Assembly: GCA_963663035.1 (NCBI GenBank)
Contig: OY760074.1
Span: 1,056,001 to 1,120,000, forward strand
Direction of reading: 5' to 3'
Source of the DNA: Acidobacteriota bacterium
Lineage (GTDB): Bacteria > Acidobacteriota > UBA6911 > RPQK01 > JADFOI01
DNA length: 64,000 nucleotides
Made by a program: the position numbers and the translations under genes. Every line of letters starts with the position of its first letter. Within the stretch, counting starts at the first letter, position 1. Below the pieces are notes generated by a model. That model was not told where the DNA came from and ran no database searches. It saw nothing but the letters and a program-made list of their open reading frames with translations. Shown piece after piece: positions 57,438 to 64,000 of this stretch.

Positions 57438-59378
57438 TTAATTGTCTCCCAGGAATCGTTCCGCTACGTCCTCATCTGAAAAGTTGTAGCTGGGTCCTAT
57501 CGGGCGGACGCCAAATTGGCTGGCCAGGGCTGCCTGCAACTGGACAATCCTCCCTCCCACCATGGTCATGGGAGTTCGGACCTTCAGGATGTCATTGACC
57601 GAAACGGTAAAGTAATCTCGGTCCAAGACCACCAGATCCGCGAACTTGCCCTCTTCCAAAGTTCCGATCATGTCCTCCTTCAGGACATATTCGGCTGCCC
57701 AGGAGGTCCACATCTTCATGGCCTGCACCCGGTCAATCCGTTCGTCGGGCTGCCAGACGACACCATCAAACTGGCGAGTCACCGCTTGCCACTGCCTATT
57801 AAAGGGTGGTGTGCCGCCAGAACTCTGCCCGACCAGCTTGACACCCGAGTCAAGCCAAGTCTTGAGAGGAATGATAAAGGGCTGGATTTGTTCGCCATAG
57901 TCTCGAATCCAGGCCGGTGAATCTCCGGCATTGCCGGGATTACAGCTCAAGATGATGCCATAATCCTTCAAGCCCTGAATAATATCGGGCTGCTGTCCGA
58001 TCACATTACAGTGCTCGCCTGTCAATCTCAGGTCACGCACCTGCTGCATCGTCCAGCCGTTGACCTCGCGGGCTTCATCGATCATCCGCATGAAGGCTCG
58101 TGCACTTTCGCTTCCGCAGATGTGCACTCCCGCCAGCCGCCAGCCGGCAGCGGCTGCATTTTCAAGTGTATCCCAAGGCAGTTCCCCGGGTACCGGGCAG
58201 ACCTCTCGAGACTTGATATTGGGTGGAGCGATCGTATCCGGTCCTGTGCACGATTCCGGATAGATTGAATCCCAGCGCTCCGAGGCCACGCCGTCAATCC
58301 ACAGATAGTCGTCTCCTATGCCCTGCAGCACCCCTGTTCGGCGATAGATTTGACGGGTCTGCTGGGGATCAGTGGGCATGCGATGGATCTCGTAGTGGGC
58401 AGAGAAACGAATCGGCAGTTGGCCGATACCGGCCAGGGTGGCATATCCGCTCATGATCTTGGGGAATTGAATGCGGCTTGAAAAGGTGGTGATTCCCGTG
58501 GTCGTGGCCTCTTCTGAGATGATCCTGATGGCCTCGGCCAGAGTGGCCAGAGGCACTTTTTCCAGAAAAAGCTCCCAGGTGATGACGGACATTTCCTGGC
58601 TGCCCACCCATCCGATCTCTTGAATGTCCTCTCCGATGACGTCTCCGTGCATGGTTTCATGGATGGAGGCACCATATCCGGGGAGAAACTCTTCCATGAC
58701 CTCCAGGGCCTTGGAGTTGATGTTGCCTCTTAAGCCGGGATTCATCAGTACCGGGTTCTCCGGTGCCCACTGGTCGAGGGTCCTACGGTTGGTCACGCGT
58801 CGGGTCATGGACCACAGGCGAAGCTGCTGGGGAAGCTCGTCAGGATGACTCCCCAGCCGGAGCACGATCCAGTCACCCGGGTCGACCTGCTTGACCGCCT
58901 CCTGGAGGGCATCGCGCAGAATGCCCTGGGTTTGTTCCAGGTCGGAGGGATGCGCCTGAGCCGAGGTAAAGTACACTCCTTCGGGGGGATACTTGAATCC
59001 CAAACGATCCAGATGCTGTACGGCTCGACCGTACATGTGGGTGTGGGGCTCAATAATGCCAGGTATCAGGGTCTTTCCTTCCAAGTCGAAAACCTGGGTA
59101 TTGGGACCTGCCATGGCCCTGACCTGGGATGTGGTTCCCAGCTTCATGATCTTTTCGCCCTTGACCGCTATGGCCTGATAGACGGTTCCCAAGCTGGTTG
59201 AGTTGGAGAAATCGTCCATGCTCACCACCTTGCCGTCAATAAAGATGGTGTCAGCATAGCCCTGCTGGGCCACTTCGGGGGCCACCTGGGCGAAGGTGTC
59301 GGTTACCTGGACTAAAAGCAGGGTGCTCAGGGCCAGGGAAAAGATAAGGGGTTTGACATGCCATTGATCGGTTCTCAT
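57438..59378 (-). CDS. secreted amidohydrolase-3 family protein, tandem copy 2
   Basis: Start MRTDQW at 59378 with RBS AAGGAGG; PGIIEPHTH, HICGS, GEHC. Confidence 0.9.
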   Translation of the reverse strand: MRTDQWHVKPLIFSLALSTLLLVQVTDTFAQVAPEVAQQGYADTIFIDGKVVSMDDFSNSTSLGTVYQAIAVKGEKIMKLGTTSQVRAMAGPNTQVFDLEGKTLIPGIIEPHTHMYGRAVQHLDRLGFKYPPEGVYFTSAQAHPSDLEQTQGILRDALQEAVKQVDPGDWIVLRLGSHPDELPQQLRLWSMTRRVTNRRTLDQWAPENPVLMNPGLRGNINSKALEVMEEFLPGYGASIHETMHGDVIGEDIQEIGWVGSQEMSVITWELFLEKVPLATLAEAIRIISEEATTTGITTFSSRIQFPKIMSGYATLAGIGQLPIRFSAHYEIHRMPTDPQQTRQIYRRTGVLQGIGDDYLWIDGVASERWDSIYPESCTGPDTIAPPNIKSREVCPVPGELPWDTLENAAAAGWRLAGVHICGSESARAFMRMIDEAREVNGWTMQQVRDLRLTGEHCNVIGQQPDIIQGLKDYGIILSCNPGNAGDSPAWIRDYGEQIQPFIIPLKTWLDSGVKLVGQSSGGTPPFNRQWQAVTRQFDGVVWQPDERIDRVQAMKMWTSWAAEYVLKEDMIGTLEEGKFADLVVLDRDYFTVSVNDILKVRTPMTMVGGRIVQLQAALASQFGVRPIGPSYNFSDEDVAERFLGDN

Positions 59379-59477
59379 AAAGACCTCCTTCAAAGATTGG
59401 ATGTAATACAGGTCACTATATAACCAAAAACCTGCAAAACCAAAGGGAAAAGTTAGGAGAAACAAACCAATGCAAAG

Positions 59478-59505
59478 GTAGGGGCGCACGGCCGTGCGCC
59501 CCTAC
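59478..59505. repeat. GTAG-type REP palindrome (degenerate copy at 57383-57415)
   Basis: GTAGGGGCGCACGGCCGTGCGCCCCTAC. Confidence 0.8.
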
Positions 59506-59526
59506 CTACATGAGTTCTCGGGAGCT

Positions 59527-61467
59527 TTAATTGTCTCCGAAGAATCGTTCCGTTACTTCCTCATCTGAGAAGTTGTAGCTGGGTCCGATCGGGCGGACGC
59601 CAAATTGGCTGGCCAGGGCTGCCTGCAACTGGACAATCCTTCCTCCCACCATGGTCATGGGAGTTCTGACCTTCAAGATGTCATTGACGGGAACCGTAAA
59701 GTAGTCACGATCCAAGACCACCAAATCTGCAAACTTACCAACTTCCAGCGTACCCAGTTCATCTTCCTTGAGTACGTATTCAGAGGCCCAGGAGGTCCAC
59801 ATCTTCATGGCGTGAACTCGGTCAATCCGTTGGTCTGGCTGCCAGACGACCCCATCAAACTCGCGAGTTACCGCCCGCCACAGCGGTGCCATGGGTGGTG
59901 TACCCCCATAACCCTGCCCGACCAGCTTGACACCCGCTTCAATCCAAGTCTTGAAGGGAGTGATAAAGGGTTGGATCTGTTCGCCGTAGTCTCGAATCCA
60001 AGCCGGTGAACCTCCGGCTATGCTGGTTCCGCAGCTCAGTATGATCCCGTAATCCAACAGACCCTGAATGACATCTGGCAGCTGTCCGATCACATGGCAG
60101 TGCTCACCCGTCATTCTCATGTCAAGCACCTGCTGCATCGTCCAGCCGTTGACTTCGCGGGCCTCATCGACCATCTGAAAGAAGGCTCGCGCGGCTTGGC
60201 TGCCGCATATGTGCACCCCCGCCAGCCGCCAGCCGGAAGCGGCCGCGTTTTCAAGTGTATCCCAGGGCAGTTCGCCGGGTACGGGGCAGACTTCTCGAGC
60301 CTTGATATTGGCTGGAGCGATGGTATCGGGTCCGGTGCAGGATTCCGGATAAACCGAATCCCAGCGCTCTGAGGCCACGCCGTCAATCCACAGGTAGTCG
60401 TCTCCTATGCCCTGCAGTACTCCTGTTCGGCGATAGATTTGACGGGTTTGCTGGGGATCGGTGGGCATGCGATGGATCTCGTAGTGGGCAGAGAAACGAA
60501 TCGGCAGTTGGCCGATACCGGCCAGGGTGGCATACCCGCTCATGATCTTGGGGAATTGAATGCGGCTTGAAAAGGTGGTGATTCCTGTGGTCGTGGCTTC
60601 TTCCGATATGATCCGAATAGCCTCGGCCAGAGTTGCCAGAGGAACTTCTTGCAGAAAAAGCTCCCAGGTGATCACGGACATTTCCTGGCTGCCCACCCAT
60701 CCGATCTCGGCAATATCCTCTCCGATGACATCCCCGTGCATGGTCTCATGGATGGATTCGGAGTATCCCGGGAAAAACTCATCCAGGATCTCCAGGGCCT
60801 TGGAATTGATGTTGCCTCTAAGACCCGGATTCATCAGCACCGGGTTCTCAGGTGCCCACTGATCAAGGGTCCTGCGGTTGGTCAAGCGCCGGGTCATGCT
60901 CCACAGGCCAAGATTCCCCATATTATCCTCGGGATTACGCTGCATCCGGAGCACGATCCAGTCACCCGGGTCGACCTGCTTGACCGCCTCCTGGAGGGCA
61001 TCGCGCAGAATTCCCTGGGTTTGCTCCAGGTCGGTGGGATGCGCCTAGGCCGATGTCATATAGACTCCCTCGGGGGGATACTTGAAGCCCAAACGATTCA
61101 GATGCTGTACAGCTCGACCGTACATGTGGGTGTGGGGCTCAATTATGCCAGGTATCAGGGTTTTTCCTGCCAAGTCGAAAACCTGGGTATTGGGACCTGC
61201 CACGGTCCTCACCTGGGATGTGGTTCCCAACTTCATGATCTTGTCGCGCTTGACCGCTAGGGCCTGATAGACGGTCCCCACGCTGGTTGATCGGGAGATA
61301 TCGTCCATGCTCACCACCTTGCCGTTGACAAAGAGGGTGTCAGCATAGCCCTGCTGGGCCACTTCGGGGGCCAGCTGAGCAAACGAGTCGGTCACCTGAA
61401 CTAAAAACAGCGTGCTCAGGGCCAGGGTAAAAACAAGGGGTTTGACATGCCATTGATCGGTTCTCAT
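59527..61467 (-). pseudogene. amidohydrolase-3 tandem copy 3 with in-frame TAG at 61045-61047
   Basis: TSA*AHP aligns with TSAQAHP of copies 1 and 2 (copy 2 has CAG). The frame is otherwise continuous. Confidence 0.85.
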
Positions 61468-61655
61468 AGAAACCTCCTCCTGAAATTATAGGTTCTCTGA
61501 CCGGGAATTATACAGCGTGAAACCCACAAGACCAAAGGAAAATCTCCAACGAAACGAAGAAAAGCGATTGTCCTGGCTGCCTTTGACAAAGGTTCAGGAC
61601 AGGAGTAGGTTGACCGTAGCAACCGTCAACTTCAGGACATCTTAGGGAGGGTTCC

Positions 61656-63431
61656 ATGAAATTTCGATTTGTGAGAATTGTTAGTACGAGTCTACTGGCA
61701 GGTCTTTTTCTTTTTGTGGTGAGCCACTGCGGGTCTGCTGTCCCTGCCGCGCTGGCCCCCGACAGCGTGCTGTATAACGGGAAAATTGTAACCGTGGACG
61801 AGGATTTCTCCATTGCTCAGGCAGTCGCCATCAAGAGCGGGCGTTTTGTGGCGGTGGGGTCCGACAGCGAAATTCTTGCGCTGGCGGGAGGCGACACTGA
61901 GAGAGTGGACTTGGAGGGGCAGACTGTTCTGCCTGGCTTCAATGACTCCCATCTTCACCTGTCCTGGCCCGTGGGAGAGCCTCCCAATCCTGCCATCCAG
62001 AAACTGGGGAGGGCCCAATCGATTGCTGAAATCGTGGAACTGGTCAAGGAGAGAGTTGCAGAGACCCCTCCTGGAGAAGTGGTCTGGATGCCGGGAGGTG
62101 GATCCAGGGTGGACCGGATCGAGGAAAAGCGCTGGCCCAACCGGCACGATCTGGATCCCGTATCACCCAACAACCCGGTGATTCTCATCTTCTCGGGTGA
62201 CCACGTTTATGTCACCAACAGCATGGGGCTCTCCAAAGCCAACATCGATCGCAACTCCGTCCAGCCTGATGCCAGAGGACTTTTCGGTACCTTTGAAATG
62301 GATTCCAGGGGGGAACCGACCGGAATCGTCACGGGACGGGCGGCGGCGCGCATCTTAAGGGAGGCCATGAATGTCTGGAATACCGAGGAGCTGGAGAGAA
62401 ACATGGCCAGCGCCATTGAGACCGAGGTGATACCTCACGGTATCACCAGTCTTTCGGATCCGCAAAACGGAGGCAGTGCTCCCAGGCCGGTTCAAACTGC
62501 CTATCAGCGCCTGCTCCAGCGCGAGGAGGGATTGCCCGCGCGCATTAATTTGATGATTCGCCTTCCTGTCCGTTCACTGGCAACCCAGGACTCACTGGAT
62601 CTGATCGATGGTCTGCTCTACTCACCGCCTCTGAAAACCCCCTTCTTTCGTGTGGGGAGTTTCAAGATTGCTCTGGATAAAGGGCGTCCTGGGAGCACGC
62701 CCTGGCAGGTGCCGACCGAGAGAGCGATGGCGGTGATGATCGAGGCCCACAGGCAAGGGTGGCAGCTGTACGTACACATTGGCACTCCTGAAAGTTTCGA
62801 TTTAGCCTGCGAGGCAGTGGAGGAAGCCTATCGACTGTATCCGAACGGACCGACCCGGCACATCTTTACCCACATCGGCCGGCCCACGAAAGAGAACCTG
62901 GAGACGATGAAGCGACTGGGAATTGTTGCTGATTTGCAGGTCAATGGCATCTATGGTACCTCGGATGATGCGGAGGAGAATTATCAGATGAGCCCCGACC
63001 GACCGGATTTTGGCCCCAGGCCGGTGGCCACCTATCGGGATGCCGGCATCCCGGTGATCATCAGCAGTGACCAGGCACCGATTGGACCACTCTTTTCCAT
63101 CTGGCAGGCGGTCAGCCGTGTGCGCAGGTCGGGCAAGATCTTTCGTCCGGAAGAGAGGCTAACACTGGAGGAGGCCATTCGCGCCGTTACCATCGGCCCG
63201 GCCTGGGCTTTCTTCGAAGACGATGTCAAAGGCTCCATCGAACCCGGAAAGTACGCGGATATGGTCGTGCTGGGTCAGGATATAATGACCATCGATCCCT
63301 TGAAGATTATAGAGATCCCGGTTTTGAAGACCATGACCAACGGGAAGTTTGTCTATGTGAATCCAAACCAGGATCCGGTGCAGAAGACCGAGTACTTCCG
63401 GTACCCGACTCGGGCTCCCTATATGAATTAG
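61656..63431 (+). CDS. amidohydrolase-3 (YtcJ-like) putative lipoprotein, paralog of 13503-15236
   Basis: C-GSAVPAALAPD, PGFNDSHLH, GWQLYVHI, SSDQ, shared C-terminus KFVYVNPNQDP. Confidence 0.9.
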   Translation: MKFRFVRIVSTSLLAGLFLFVVSHCGSAVPAALAPDSVLYNGKIVTVDEDFSIAQAVAIKSGRFVAVGSDSEILALAGGDTERVDLEGQTVLPGFNDSHLHLSWPVGEPPNPAIQKLGRAQSIAEIVELVKERVAETPPGEVVWMPGGGSRVDRIEEKRWPNRHDLDPVSPNNPVILIFSGDHVYVTNSMGLSKANIDRNSVQPDARGLFGTFEMDSRGEPTGIVTGRAAARILREAMNVWNTEELERNMASAIETEVIPHGITSLSDPQNGGSAPRPVQTAYQRLLQREEGLPARINLMIRLPVRSLATQDSLDLIDGLLYSPPLKTPFFRVGSFKIALDKGRPGSTPWQVPTERAMAVMIEAHRQGWQLYVHIGTPESFDLACEAVEEAYRLYPNGPTRHIFTHIGRPTKENLETMKRLGIVADLQVNGIYGTSDDAEENYQMSPDRPDFGPRPVATYRDAGIPVIISSDQAPIGPLFSIWQAVSRVRRSGKIFRPEERLTLEEAIRAVTIGPAWAFFEDDVKGSIEPGKYADMVVLGQDIMTIDPLKIIEIPVLKTMTNGKFVYVNPNQDPVQKTEYFRYPTRAPYMN

Positions 63432-63453
63432 CAATAAGAAGAGGAGGTGACCG

Positions 63454-64000
63454 GTGACGGTTCAGAAAAAGAATCCACCTGATGGCTTACTTCAAGGGCG
63501 TGCTCCGTCCACTCTAGATCGTCGCCGATTTTTGTCCACACTGGCCGCGAGCGGAGGAATTCTAGCTGCGACTCGGTCTGGATTTGGCTCGCTGCTGCAA
63601 TCGGGCGATCTTCCGGCTGGAGTCAGGGCGGGGGACTGGTCGATGATTGGTGCGGATATGCACAATACCCGCTTCAATCCCTCCGAGAGAACCATTGGTC
63701 CCAACAATGTCGAGAGCCTCCAGGTGAAGTGGACTTTTGGTTTGGCGGAAGATCACATCCAGAGTACACCCGTTGTGGTTGGGGATAGCGTCTATTTTTC
63801 ATCCTGGGATGGACATTACTATTCGGTTGACAGCCAAACCGGAGAACTCAAGTGGAAAATGGATGCCTGGGATCTCAAACCAGGCGAACCTGCTCCAGAC
63901 CTGCGTCCTCCCGCATCGCCAGGGGAGCAAAGGGGATCAGCCTTCTACGAAAATGGGCGTCTTTATTTTGGTTCCGGGACAGGGAAGGTCCATTGCCTGG
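63454..64000 (+). CDS. Tat-exported PQQ-binding beta-propeller protein (partial, runs off the window)
   Basis: GTG after GGAGG; DRRRFLSTLAASGG; DWSMIGADMHNTRFN..IGPNNVESLQVKWTF..STPVVVGDSVYFSSWDGHYYSVDSQTGELKWK. Confidence 0.8.
   Translation, partial: MTVQKKNPPDGLLQGRAPSTLDRRRFLSTLAASGGILAATRSGFGSLLQSGDLPAGVRAGDWSMIGADMHNTRFNPSERTIGPNNVESLQVKWTFGLAEDHIQSTPVVVGDSVYFSSWDGHYYSVDSQTGELKWKMDAWDLKPGEPAPDLRPPASPGEQRGSAFYENGRLYFGSGTGKVHCL

Noticed and set aside
61045-61047. Pyrrolysine recoding at the in-frame TAG
   Set aside because: Paralogs have Gln here, a single C>T change explains it, and no pyl genes are in the window.

Overview
GC-rich (~57% by eye) bacterial chromosomal window. The gene repertoire (Hanks-type kinases with TolB_N/TPR tails, GWxTD, DUF5916, DUF1592/DUF1552/ankyrin cluster, many secreted amidohydrolase-3 proteins) suggests an Acidobacteria-type genome, which is an inference. 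It contains tRNA-Lys(UUU), tRNA-Glu(UUC), a bacillithiol operon (fdx-bshB1-bshA-PIG-L-SLC13), a complete IS1380-family element with CTAG target duplication, a 191-bp MITE sharing its ends, several REP/REPIN-like repeat families, two tannase/feruloyl esterases and seven amidohydrolase genes, three of them in a tandem array. The top candidate for a new system is the minus-strand operon at 30963-35746: amidohydrolase-3, a multi-blade beta-propeller with an in-frame UGA inside a repeat unit followed by SECIS-like hairpins (possible unrecognised selenoprotein), and a di-heme cytochrome c. The same propeller gene carries a 109-bp chimeric insertion built from a 63-bp self-duplication and a 42-bp exact piece of the IS1380 transposase. 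Other lesions (frameshift near 4141, TAA at 29205, TAG at 61045, 4-bp slip near 28965) mean consensus error or decay must be excluded before any recoding is accepted. No CRISPR array, rRNA or prophage was seen.
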